Below are positions 1 to 13,141 of a stretch of DNA of 64,000 nt, in pieces (the first letter of the stretch is position 1; each line of letters starts with the position of its first letter). This DNA is from Macrostomum hystrix (lineage: Eukaryota > Animalia > Platyhelminthes), in contig CATNEN010000041.1 in NCBI GenBank assembly GCA_950097015.1, forward strand, positions 744,001 through 808,000, in the 5' to 3' direction. The translations under genes were made by a program, and so were the position numbers. The notes beneath the pieces are model-generated. The model saw only the letters and a list, made by a program, of their open reading frames with translations. It searched no databases and was not told the origin of the DNA.

Positions 1-450
1 TGGTGTGGAGTTCGCATGTTCATGGTGTGGGGTTCGCATGTTCATGGTGTGGGGTTCGCATGTTCATGGAGTGGGGTTCGTTTGTTCATGGAGTGGGGTT
101 CGTTTGTTCATGGATTGGGGTTCGCATGTTCATGGTGTCGGGTTCGCATGTTCATGGTGTGGGGTTCGTATGTTCATGGTGTGGGGTTCGCATGTTCATG
201 GAGTGGGGTTCGTTTGTTCATGGAGTGGGGTTCGCATGTTCATGGATTGGGGTTCGCATGTTCATGGTGTCGGGTTCGCATGTTCATGGTGTGGGGTTCG
301 TATGTTCATGGTGTGGGGTTCGCATGTTCATGGAGTGGGGTTCGTTTGTTCATGGAGTGGGGTTCGCATGTTCATGGAGTGGGGTTCGTTTGTTCATGGA
401 GTGGGGTTCGCATGTTCATGGAGTGGGGTTCGTTTGTTCATGGTGTGGGG
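1..450. repeat. Minisatellite, 22-bp unit (TGGWGTGGGGTTCGCATGTTCA), about 20 copies, runs off window start
   Basis: Direct tandem periodicity; the ORFs in all three + frames are repeat translations. Confidence 0.95.
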
Positions 451-1639
451 TTTTTGCCCCTGGCATGGGTTTGTTTGTTCATTCTGTGGGTTTTTACCCT
501 ATCACAGATTTTCGTCTTCATATTTGCCCAAAAGCCCAACTTACGTGCTACAGTAGTATATAATGAATATTTATAGTTTTCAAGCGCAGGAAAGGTTTCA
601 CTGCATCCAATGCCAATGCTAGTCATGCAGATTTCACCATCCCGCTAGCGCGCAAATCGCATCCGCCTTGTTCTCCGGCACGGATTTGCAGTGCATGCAA
701 TCTGAGATAGACTGCTCAACGCTGTGGAGTACACTTCTGCCCATCTCCCATCTCTCCCTGCGACAATGCGCTTCCCAAAAAATGATAGGAAGAAATTGGA
801 GGAGGCGTTGGGGACGGAAGGAAAGTGGAATGTGGGCCATTGAAATTCGCAGCAGTGAGGGGAGTGCCTTCGCTACCCAGCCGTGAGGCTGCAGCTGCGG
901 AGGCGTCTCAGCCACTTGACAAGTCTAGAGTGGCCTAAATTGACTTCCGCGGAGCCCGTCGTGTCAGCTGGCACTTCAGCCGCCTTCGGCTGCCAGACCT
1001 TCTCAGCCGCATCGTCCGCTGCGCCTGCGGAAGATAAAAAGTGGCCTGTTGGACTTTTTCTCATTCTTCTCACACTTCTCACTGTTCTCAAACTTTTCTC
1101 TGGCTCATTTTCAATCCTTGCTTCGCCCCGCTGTCAAGGGGTTCCAGGGCTTTCTGTTGGACATTGTGCTGTACTTTTGAGCCCTCCTATTGCGGGACTG
1201 ATTCGCATTTGCAGCAATCGATGGGAAATTTGACTGCCGTTTTCGTGTTTTGGGGATTTTTAATAGCGAGCCGATTAAATTGGAGAGATTTCAAATCCCA
1301 GCGGCTCATCGAGCTCCATCATTCGATGACGCAATCGTCACCTGCTGCGCTGCAGAAGCTCGGCCCGGGCAAGTTTGCCCTACGCGGACCAGCTGTAGGG
1401 GGGGGGAATGACAAGCATTCGGAAATGCCTGCAGCCCCTCCCCGCCTGTCCATTAGCGCGGAATGGGCCTTCTCCCACCCTGGGATCCGGCCCAGCCTCG
1501 CGCACCTGTGATTCTGCCCGCGCATCTGCTGACATGCGACCTGCGGGTCCACGAAATTCAAGCTGGCTTTTAATAACCTTGGATAGATGGACAACAGGAA
1601 TAACAAGATGAGATTGTAGGAAATAGAGAAGAAAGGGCA

Positions 1640-2205
1640 GGAGAGAAATGGAGAGGGGAGGAGAGAGATGGAGAGGGGAGGAGAGAGATGGAGAGGGGAG
1701 GAGAGAGATGGAGAGCGGAGGAGAGAGATGGAGAGGGAGGAGAGAGATGGAGAGGGGAGGAGAGATGGAGAGGGAGGAGAGAGATGGAGAGGGAGGATAG
1801 AGATGGAGAGGGGAGGAGAGAGATGGAGAGGGAGGAGAAAGATGGAGAAGGAGGATAGAGATTGAGAGGGGAGGAGAGAGATGGAGAGGGAGGAGAGAGA
1901 TAGAGAGGGAGGAGAGAGATGGAGAGGGGAGGAGAGAGATGGAGAGGGAGGAGAGAGATGGAGAGGGGAGGAGAGAGATGGAGAGGGAGGAGAGAGATGG
2001 AGAGGGAGGAGAGAGATGGAGAGGGAGGAGAGAGATGGAGAGGGGAGGAGAGATGGAGAGGGAGGAGAGAGATGGAGAGGGAGGAGAGAGATGGAGAGGG
2101 AGGAGAGGGGAGGAGAGGGAGGAGAGAGATGGAGAGGGGAGGAGAGAGACGGAGAGGGGAGGAGAGAGATGGAGAGGGGAGGAGAGAGACGGAGAGGGGA
2201 GGAGT
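1640..2205. repeat. Polypurine minisatellite, 19-20-bp unit GGAGAGAGATGGAGAGGG(G)A
   Basis: Direct tandem periodicity; + strand almost entirely G/A. Confidence 0.95.
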
Positions 2206-2391
2206 GAGAATTAAAGAGAATAAGAGGGCTAGAGATAATATGCAGTCTTAGAGACGGACTCACAAGGAGCTGAACCTTTATTGCGATTACAGCGATCCCA
2301 AACTGCTCAGTCTGGTCTATCGGGCCATCTTTTGCTGGCTTAACAGTCTGGCAGTGGACTCAGGCAGACTCATAAGGGGGATTGGCGAGCA

Positions 2392-2392
<1 letters not shown>

Positions 2393-2425
<33 letters not shown>

Positions 2426-2440
2426 GCTGCTGCTGCTGCT
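2393..2440. repeat. (CTG)n microsatellite
   Basis: Direct; one CCG interruption. Confidence 0.9.
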
Positions 2441-5400
2441 GTTATCCCTAGAATTAAAGCACTGCTTTAATAAAATAATTTCCCATGTATAAAAATATGC
2501 TTTTCCCACACCCTGTACCAGCATGCGGCCCCATTAATTTGGCGTCGGGAATCGCGAATGCGGAGGTGCAGCACACCCAGCTCCGCCTCCCACTGACCCC
2601 AGGGCAGCTCCCTGGCCTCCCAGATCCCCAGTTGGAAGAGTTGGAGCCGGGGAAGCTGTCCCGATGGCCCATTCAGATTGCGGAAGTCTTATAAGAGCCC
2701 CAGTCATTCGCGCAGCCTCTGTAAGTCCAGCCGAGGGGCAGCTTTCTGGTTCCCGCGGTGGGCCGCCTGGGCGCACGAGGGATGCCCGCTGCCTGGCCTG
2801 CAGCCGCGGAGCTGCGATCTCCACGAAGGCCAGATAAGAGAATAGAAACCAATCAACAATAGCAGCAATTAGTGGCCGGGCAGCGATGACTCGGTCCTGA
2901 CTCACCGAGGACTTCTTCCGCGAAATTGGCGGGCGCCGCGTCGTCCAATTAATTACGGCACAGGCGGCAGCATCTGTGTCCATTTTTAGCAGCTGAAATC
3001 TGACTTGGGCGCGGCGCCCAGGCAATTGCCGTTGTTAGGCAAATTTTTGTGACTGAGAAAAAGTGCTTTGATTCTGCAGCGCTATCCGTGGCCATCGGCT
3101 GTTATCTTTGACTCCGCCGAGTCCCAATTTCCTCTCAGCTGCGGAAGTGCTGGCTGGAGATGCCGCTGAGTTTGCACTGATGAGGCTGTAATTTTCCACG
3201 CGGCTGACTTTCACCGCATTAGCCTACCAGCAGCTCCACTGTGGGGATGGCATGGCGCTGGGGTGAGGACTATCGATTCCCAGCAGCTGGCAGGCAGACC
3301 ACCCCCTGCTGCTGATGCGCCTCAACGACATGCTGGCAGCTGAGAACTGCCGCTTCGATTTAGGTCGCGACAGCTCCTTGAGATAGCTTGAGATTAAAAC
3401 TGGTTCTGGGAGACATTTTGACAAAATGGGAGAGTCTGGTAGAGTTCATTAATCTATCAGAGTCTGGGAAATTATAGAAGAGACTGGGAGATTGATGGAG
3501 ACTGGGAGATACGGTGAAAAGCCAGAAATGACGGGCAGTTGCTACTTGTGCGAGATGAATGCACTAAATGCCAGCTATTCCTAGCAGCATTGTTAGGCAA
3601 GGGCAGACTCAGAGGGGCTGATGCCAGAATTCTCAGGCGAAAGTCAATAGTGCACAAATCTCTAGCGGGCCGCGCCATGCTTGAGTGAGCAGGCCCTGGC
3701 CTGGCTACATTCACAGTGAATACCGTGAGCCGCCCAGCACTTGTGCTCACAATCAGATGAGCAGTGAGCACTGGTGCCGTGAGTCCAGTAGCTCTGATTG
3801 CAGGAGTGAGGAGTGCAGCTGGCTGATAATAATAATCAACATTATCAGCGCAATTGTCCTGGCCCCAGGTCATTGTTCCTAGGCACAATTGCCCCGAATT
3901 TCTGCAGATCTATCCCAGGTCGCCACGCACTGCCTCTGTCTCCATGCGGCATTCTCGACCGCGTATACTCCATCAAACCCTGCCCCAGGTGCGCAGCTGG
4001 GAGGGGGGGCATCCATCAATGCCAGCTGTGCTCAGACCTGCCATTGGGAGGCCGAGAGGCTCCGAAGCCATAGAATTTCACAGCCTGTTCACAGCTCTGT
4101 GACAGTCTCAGATGAGAGCTGAGGAGGAATGCTAGGTGACCGGGTGCTAGACATATCCTCATCGATTGTCCGTCTCGCGCTGTCTCCGCCACCGCCCTAC
4201 CTCTGGCCCGGCTGCCCGGGTCAGTCAATAAAATGCCGGGGCCATCACCAGTCATTGAATCGCATATCTCCTTCAAGCCCCTCATCAGGTCACGGATCTA
4301 GAGTTTCACTGTTTGGGCCGGGTCTGCAGTGAGCCATTCTGCTGTGGGCACCCGTCCCAGTCAATCAGACGGCTCTCAGAGGATCCCAGGCCGGCTCGAA
4401 CCCTGGCTGAACCGGGCACACGTTGGCTGCAGATGCCCAGGGCGTGACTGACAGGCCGGGCCGCGTGGGAGGCGATCCGGGGCCTCGGTGATTGGGTGTG
4501 ACTTTTCGATTTCCCAAAAATGACGGCGGTGAAGTCCATGCGGCCCCCCAGAGGGTCCGCGCCGCTGCACTGCGAGCGGACAGGCAAAGCTGGAAGCAAT
4601 TTTTGTCATCAGTGGAATGAAGGCGTGGGCGAATCTCTTGAACTCCGCGGCTATGTCAGGTCCAATTCAGAATTTTTGCCTGCCAAGGTCACTCCAAGGT
4701 CACTTCAAGGTCATTCCAACTGTGCAGCCATTAAAGGAGATTATATTGGATGCCTAGTGCAAACTTGTCGCGGTAATTTGCTGCTACCTGAACACTTTCC
4801 CTTTAAACTTTGCAGTACCTCACGGCAGGTTAGAGTGAGTAGCTCAGGGCTGCTCCTTGTCCCCTCACTCCGGGACACGCGGAACAAAGACACTCAACTC
4901 GCACTGCATGGGCGCGGCTCACTGGGCTGCTCATATGAGTACCTCCCCTCCAGCTGTTGGGGGAGATGTACATGCAGGCAGGGGAGAATTGTGAGCTGCC
5001 AGGTAGCTGGGCCCCCTGAGCTCCACAGCTCACAACACAGACTGTGGGGGTCTTGATACCCGGGCTGCCTGTGAGCACCTGTGAGTCACACCCTGACCTG
5101 GCCGGCTTCCTTCAGTGAACGCACAGGGCACAGTCATGAGCCTGAAATGCAGTGCATTGCCGGTGAGTGGGCTGAACACGGGGAATAATGTAGCATTTTT
5201 AAGCAGTAAATTCCCATTTTATGACTCAATGCTGTGTCACTTTAGCGACTGCTCAGGCCAGGCATGTTCTCAAATCCTGTTACAAATTTTAGCACTTAAA
5301 CTTTATAGACTGAGAGAGCAGAGGGAGGGGGAGTTGAAATCGCGGTGCAGGAAAGTGGCAGAAACAACACAGCCAAACTGATTAAGTATTAAATTTTGCA

Positions 5401-8400
5401 TTTTCTGTCTCTGGAGCCTCCACCGCCTGCGTATCACGCAAAGCTCATTCCGTCTGAGCACAGACTTAGCTTAGGGCGGCAACTCCCGCGGGACAGCGGG
5501 TGGGGACAGAGATGGGATTTGGGTTCATGGGAAGCTGGAGCGGAGATCCCGGCACGGGAAGGTGGGTGAAGGTGGCCGCCGCAGTAGCTGCCCAACGGCT
5601 GATGTGGTCGATGGGACCAGCTTGGCCAGCAGTGCAGCAGCAGCCAGAATCTACAACAATCAGCTTAGAGTGCGATAAAAGGGCCCAAACCGCTTAGCGG
5701 TTATCGAGTGAGCCGCCGCCCATTGTGCAGCTGATTGATCCGCATGTTGTGGGGCAAATCCCGATAACAAGACATTGGAAGGCGGAGGACTTCGATAATG
5801 GACCTTTGGAGGCTTCGCGCATTGGCTGAAGTTGGCGCTGGGGTGGCTGGCGCTGGGGTGGCTGGCGCTGCCTTGGCCCGGCACTGCAATTGGTCATGCG
5901 TGCCCTATTAGTATGGGGGATTCTGGGGATCCCATGTTCACAGCCTCTTCCCCAGCCGATCTTCACCGCTGCGTCTCCCTGATGTGAAGCTGCTGCAGCC
6001 GATTGTCGCTGACGCCATTCAGCACTGAGTCGCATTGCGCCACAGCCCTGAGCGGAGGAGCTCAGCGCCTGAGTAGACTGGGCCGCAGACAGGCAGACAG
6101 GTAAGGCCAAAGTACACAAGGCCTGAGACACCCTGCAATGCGAGTCTCCACTCGGACCACCCCTCACGCAACCCTTCACAGACCTGGTCAGATTAAGCAG
6201 GGCAGTTTGCAGTCCATAAAATTGCTTTGCTTTGCCTGCCTGGCTGGGCTGTTTTCTCTTAGCTACAATGGGAGGGGGCGGTGCAGGCCTGGTGATGAGA
6301 TCTGAGAAGCTTGCACGGCTCGCTCTATTTTTTTGGTGAGCTCGGCCTCCTTATTTTTTTTCTAATAGAATGAATGCCACGGGGCGGCTGAGCTGGGGCT
6401 CGGGGTGGCAGCACTTTCTGCGTGGCGCTGCCCCACAGACACAAACGGCAAGCAGCCCAGAGATCACACACTCTACGCAGCCACCCCCGGCCCTTTCTCA
6501 CAGTCGCTCGGGTAAGTTTTTTAGCCATTAGCCACCCGGCCTATCAGCTTTGGGGTGGCGCGCCCGCCAGTCTCCGAGCGGCCGAGCTCGGCGCCCAGCC
6601 CCGCCCCCGCGCAACGCCTCCCAGACTGCTGGCAATAAAGCTAGCGATGTGCTTTATTGGCGCGCCTGCTCACTGACACTGCTCAGAGACACAGCCTGAC
6701 AGCAGCTCTCACCGTCTTCCTTCTTCCCAACTCCGACAGGGGCAACTTCTGCTTCTAGAAGGTGAGCGGCGCTCAAAGTTGTCTGCAGTTTTCAACTTTT
6801 TTGCGGGATCCGTGATTGCAGGTTTGCAAGCGGATCTCGGCTGCTCGGGAGCGCGCACGTGACTCGCTCGTGCGTGCCGTCCCGGGCGCGCAGGAAGCAG
6901 GTTTCAGGCTAAAAAACATTTGAGCCCCTTTTGAGCCTCGGGAAAGCCCGCCCGCTCAAAGAGGTGAGGCTGCACACACACACACACACAGAAAGCCCGC
7001 TGTGTCCGGAGAGTTGCTTCTGTCTCGAATTAGTCGACTAACTAATAGCTGCCACAGAGCGCAGCTGCCGCAGGCTCCCCGAGTGGATTTTCCGACTCGC
7101 ACTCGACTTTCCCCAAGTTTCATTTCCCCCACAGCCCGGTTTCGGCCGCCCCCTGCCTGGCAACATCGCGCGGAGTGTTGCGTGTCTAAGGCTCGGCCGA
7201 TTACGCAATCAGTCAGTGGACTGCCAGACAGTCGTCGCACTGGGGATTCGCCGCTGCAACCCCTCTCGAGCTAGTTTAATCTCTTGTTACTGGACTGATG
7301 GAGCCCCGGACACCGCCCGCTCTGCGAGACTGGGGGGGGGTCTCGCGTATTCGACTGCGGCCCTCCTTGACACCTGAAACTCGAAGCGCGGTTTGACCCG
7401 AAGCCTCTCCGGTGAGGGTGAGAGCGGGGCGCCCGAGCAACAACAAATACGGCCTGGGGAGGAGGGGCAGGGACAGCTCCGATGGGAAGGAACTAAGTTC
7501 CGTAAAACACACACATGCGGCTCCCGCCCCATCTCGCACTCTCTGCTTCCTTCTCGCTACCTGAGCCCAACTAATTGCTACACGGGCGCCATGGGGCATC
7601 CCCCGCTGGGAAATCTGGGACTGTCTGGGGATAGCGCGCGAGTCTTGTATCCAGGCGAATTGTCCGGTTGCCGGATTAAATGGGCCGAGCTTGAAAGGTG
7701 AAATGAATAGGCCAGGTGAGAGACAGTGCGAGAGCAGCCCCGGAGTGTTCACTGCCTGCGAATGCAGCCAGGTGGAGGTGTTGGCAAGCGGTGGCGCTGG
7801 TTGCAAATGGGCTGCTCACACTTTCTCCAGTCTCCTCAGCGCCTGTGCCCGCTGCCTCGCGGCCAGCTGTCTGACTGACGGCTTGAAGTGGCCCTGATGG
7901 CCCAGGGCTGGCCGGCGGGGCAGGTGAGGCCGCTGCGGGAGGCCCGCGCTGAGCTGCTTCCAGCCGGTTGCTTCATCAGCAAGTCACTCTCCGACAGGTA
8001 GACTTGGGGGGGCTGACATTTTCCTGTTTCCTCTTTTCACCTGTTGCCGTTTTTTCAAGGGCCCAGGCTGTTAAGAAATTACTGTTGCCTAAATCCCGCC
8101 CCGCGCCTCTGCGTTTAGAAATGAGTGAAAGCACAGGAACTCGTCTTTTCCGTGCTAATCCTAATCACACATTCGACAGCTCGCCCAGGTGCTGGGGCCC
8201 AGGGGGCAAGTTTCAAGCTTAGGAGGAAATTAAATATCCTTCCACGTGAGAGACAAAATCCCGCTCAAATTAAAGCATTGATGACAAATGATGACTGGGG
8301 GGATACAGCCCTGCCCAGATGCCACTTCAACTGACCGCGCGGCAGGCCTAGAAAAAACCACAATGGCCTTATGCAGCTGTCAGTCATTGTGCGGCACCCT

Positions 8401-9198
8401 TGAGTCAAGAGCTCCTTTGTTCTCTCTGCCCCATGGAGCTGCGAATGGCGCATAGTCTATGGCCAATATCGATCGCCCGCACTCGCTGTCTTCAGTTTCG
8501 TTCATTCGAAATTGAGACCTGAATTGTTTGTCGGGCGAAGCCACGCGGACCTCGCCGCCAGTCGCAGCTGCTCGCCCTGGGGATTCGGCGGGGGCGGCCG
8601 AAGCCGATAAGAGAACTTGGCCATGGTCGGTTCGCCGCTTCTCTCGCACCTGGCGCATCCTGGCCCGATGTCCCTGGGGTGACAGGGTGAGACTGTCAGG
8701 CTGTTGTTAGCGCCGGCTCATGCATAATTCAAGCCTTGTTCCTGCAACGGAACTGTGCGAGCAGTGCGCTCAGGATTCATTGCGGCCACAGCAGCCCAGG
8801 TGGTCACGGGTCTGTTGTGGCGCAGTCGCTGTTTAATGAAATTCTAGCGGAACTCAACTTTGATCCGAGCTCCATTAGCCCTGAAATATCCTTTGTGAAG
8901 GCGCTGGCACGCAGTCTTGGTGGACACCGCTGCTCAAAGGGTCAATTAGAATTTTGGCGGAATTTGAAATTCCGGTCATCAGGCAGCTCGCTTTCATCAG
9001 CTGCTGCTCTGCTGCTAAGCTTTGATTTCATTCGCGACTCAAATGAGACTCGCATAGTGCTATTTGAGCAATAGTTTTTTGTCCAGGTTAGAAAACACTG
9101 TTTGTAGCTAAACTTTGTTTTTTTCATGTTATACTATAGTCTGCGTTGTCTCGAGAGTGGAGTCCTTCTTCCTTCTATTTTGCTTGTTTCATTGTGCA

Positions 9199-9200
<2 letters not shown>

Positions 9201-9243
<43 letters not shown>
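9201..9243. repeat. (AC)n microsatellite
   Basis: Direct. Confidence 0.95.
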
Positions 9244-9246
<3 letters not shown>

Positions 9247-10013
9247 TCAGGGTTAATTAGCCATTGCTCAAGAATGCTGCAGAGCTGCGTGAGGCGCAGA
9301 CAATGCCAGACAGCTGCCTCCCTCCTTCCAATGCTCCCTTCGAGGCACCCTCAGTCTGATAGCTGATTAAACTGCATTACTCCTATGGCACATTCATTGT
9401 GCCCAGCATGCTGATCGGCTGCTCAAGGCCTGACCACAGTGTCTGAGTTAATTTACCGTCAACACCTTCCCTTCTTCATCAGCCGCCTGTGGGGGTGGGC
9501 GCCGTCGGCCTTCGCTCTGAAGTGCTCAGTCCAGGAAGTGCCGGCAGGTCCTAGAGTCGCAGTAGGTGAGAACTGCACCACGCGAAGGAAGCCTTTTAGC
9601 GGGTTGGGAGGCTCAGAGGAGGCTGGCAAAACCTGCTCAGTGCGGCCGTGGCGTGACTGAATTAGCTGTCGTCCCACGCTGCTTTTTTACGCAAAGAAAT
9701 TTTCCACCTTCAAGAAATCCCCCCCCTGTGCCCGACGGACAAAACACGCGGGCGACGCGCCTCAGCTTCCATTTGTGCCCCAACTGCCACTGGGAGCAGC
9801 AAGTGGGAAATTGTGAACTATCCCAGCCTTTAATGAGATCTTTACTGCAGGTGCCGAGACGGCATCTGGGGCTGTCCGGCTGTAACTGTATCTGGGGCAG
9901 CTGCGATGCTCGAGATTATCTGCCTATTGGCTTGCGGCCCCCCTCTCCGCTGTCCGCCAAGCATTCCGTGCCTGCTGCTCGCAATGAGCCACTGGCTCAC
10001 TAGCGCTATCTAG

Positions 10014-12215
10014 CTACCCTGCACACTCTGCCCACTGTACCCTTCTGTAACAACTCTGCCCACTGTACCCTTCTGTAACAACTCTGCCCACTGTACCCTT
10101 CTGTAACAACTCTGCCCACTGTACCCTTCTGTAACAACTCTGCCCACTGTACCCTTCTGTAACAACTCTGCCCACTGTACCCTTCTGTAACAACTCTACC
10201 CACTGTACCCTTCTGTATCAACTCTATCCACTGTACCCTTCTGTATCAACTCTATCCACTGTACAGGGTACCCTTCTGTAACAACTCTGCCCACTCTACC
10301 CTTCTGTAACAACTCTGCCCACTGTACCCTTCTGTAACAAGTCTGCCCACTGTACCCTTCTGTAACAACTCTGCCCACTCTACCCTTCTATAACAACTCT
10401 GCCCACTGTACCCTTCTGTAACAACTCTGCCCACTGTACCCTTCTGTAACAACTCTGCCCACTGTACCCTTCTGTAACAACTCTGCCCACTGTACCCTTC
10501 TGTAACAACTCTACCCACTGTACCCTTCTGTAACAACTCTGCCCACTGTACCCTTCTGTAACAACTCTGCCCACTGTACCCTTCTATAACAACTCTGCCC
10601 ACTGTACCCTTCTGTAACAACTCTGCCCACTGTACCCTTCTGTAACAACTCTGCCCACTGTACCCTTCTGTAACAACTCTGCCCACTGTACCCTTCTGTA
10701 TCAACTCTATCCACTGTACCCTTCTGTATCAACTCTATCCACTGTACAGGGTACCCTTCTGTAACAACTCTGCCCACTGTACCCTTCTGTAACAACTCTG
10801 CCCACTGTACCCTTCTGTAACAACTCTGCCCACTGTACCCTTCTGTAACAACTCTACCCACTGTACCCTTCTGTAACAACTCTGCCCACTGTACCCTTCT
10901 GTAACAACTCTGCCCACTGTACCCTTCTATAACAACTCTGCCCACTGTACCCTTCTGTAACAACTCTGCCCACTGTACCCTTCTGTAACAACTCTGCCCA
11001 CTGTACCCTTCTGTAACAACTCTGCCCACTGTACCCTTCTGTATCAACTCTATCCACTGTACCCTTCTGTATCAACTCTATCCACTGTACAGGGTACCCT
11101 TCTGTAACAACTCTGCCCACTGTACCCTTCTGTAACAACTCTGCCCACTGTACCCTTCTGTAACAAGTCTGCCCACTCTACCCTTCTATAACAACTCTGC
11201 CCACTGTACCCTTCTGTAACAACTCTGCCCAGTGTACCCTTCTGTAACAACTCTGCCCCCTCTACCCTTCTGTAACAACTCTACCCACTCTACCCTTCTG
11301 TAACAACTCTGCCCACTGTACCCTTCTGTAACAACTCTGCCCACTGTACCCTTCTGTAACAACTCTGCCCACTGTACCCTTTTGTAACAACTCTGCCCAC
11401 TGTACCCTTCTGTAACAACTCTGCCCACTGTACCCTTCTGTATCAACTCTATCCACTGTACCCTTCTGTATCAACTCTATCCACTGTACAGGGTACCCTT
11501 CTGTAACAACTCTGCCCACTGTACCCTTCTGTAACAACTCTGCCCACTGTACCCTTCTGTAACAAGTCTGCCCACTCTACCCTTCTATAACAACTCTGCC
11601 CACTGTACCCTTCTGTAACAACTCTGCCCACTGTACCCTTCTGTAACAACTCTGCCCACTGTACCCTTCTGTAACAACTCTGCCCACTGTACCCTTTTGT
11701 AACAACTCTGCCCACTGTACCCTTCTGTAACAACTCTGCCCACTGTACCCTTCTGTATCAACTCTATCCACTGTACCCTTCTGTATCAACTCTATCCACT
11801 GTACAGGGTACCCTTCTGTAACAACTCTGCCCACTGTACCCTTCTGTAACAACTCTGCCCACTGTACCCTTCTGTAACAAGTCTGCCCACTCTACCCTTC
11901 TATAACAACTCTGCCCACTGTACCCTTCTGTAACAACTCTGCCCAGTGTACCCTTCTGTAACAACTCTGCCCCCTCTACCCTTCTGTAACAACTCTACCC
12001 ACTCTACCCTTCTGTAACAACTCTGCCCACTGTACCCTTCTGTAACAACTCTGCCCACTGTACCCTTCTGTAACAACTCTGCCCACTGTACCCTTTTGTA
12101 ACAACTCTGCCCACTGTACCCTTTTGTAACAACTCTGCCCACTGTACCCTTTTGTAACAACTCTGCCCACTGTACCCTTCTGTAACAACTCTGCCCACTC
12201 TACCCTTCTGTAATA
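10014..12215. repeat. Minisatellite, 28-bp unit ACTCTGCCCACTGTACCCTTCTGTAACA, about 78 copies, with higher-order structure
   Basis: 28-bp period; variant cassette TATCAACTCTATCCACTGTACAGGGTACCC recurs near 10250, 10735, 11080, 11475 and 11790. Confidence 0.95.
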
Positions 12216-13141
12216 ACTCTATCCTCTATCCACTCTATCTACTATATACTCTATTCTGTATCTACCGTCCGTATTCATTCACCGACCTATTGCTCAAAAC
12301 TACACGTCTCAATGCTCAATCCAATCCACTCCAGTAAGTTTCGAAATGGCATAATTCGCACCCAGCAACCAGTATTCACCTGCGCCAGTGTCTCCCCTCA
12401 CCTGCTACTCACAATCTCACCGGGCGCCACAGGCTGCCAAGTGCAAAAGCTCCGGGTTCCCCTGACCAGCCTTTCCTCAGTCGGACAGCCCGTCTCAAGA
12501 GTCAAGAGTGCAGGCCGGCTGCGGGCAGCTCTATGGGCTCAAGAGCTCGCGAGCTAGTGCTCAGCTGCCAACACTGGCCGCCCCGGCAATTGATTGTCCG
12601 CTGCCACTGGGCCGCCAGCCTCTCCAGCGTCGCCCTCTCTCGCTCGCCCTCCTCACCAGCCCATTCTTGCCGTCATGAAAACAGTTTCCCGGCTGCGCAC
12701 ACAAAGCCCGCCACTCAACTACCGCCTTTGGGGGCCCGCGCCTGCCGAAAATTCAATTTCTCAATGCGCTTGTCGACAAAGAGGAATGCAAAACTGCCGT
12801 ATCCGCCACCGGCTCCGACTCTGTTGACACCGCGGACTACGGCCAACTATGTCAATAGCTCCCTCCTCCCCGCCATTGCTCCCGCAGGTACTTTAACTTC
12901 CTAGCTTGCCCAACTCCTCACACAAGTCCTCAGCTCCATGTCCTGCTCGTCTAACGATATCCCCGCTGCTGCTCCGGCCGCGGGTCTCATTGCGCTTATC
13001 CATTTTGGCATCTAAAAATCGATTAATTTATGTTTCTCGGGGTGCCATTGGCAGTGGGAAAGTCGGGGCAGATTTGCACCCCTGGGCTGTCGGGATGTCC
13101 TCAAACAAGCCAGAGAAAGTGCAAGAAGCCTGGCGAATTCA

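Noticed and set aside
3-576. Three overlapping ~185-aa ORFs
   Set aside because: Translations of a 22-bp repeat cycling through all frames
1319-2263. 314-aa Ser/Pro/Leu-rich ORF and the opposite Glu/Arg/Gly-rich ORFs
   Set aside because: Products of the polypurine repeat
634-10003. Many 60-180-aa ORFs
   Set aside because: No recognisable domain, mostly alternative starts, overlapping on both strands; expected by chance at this GC content
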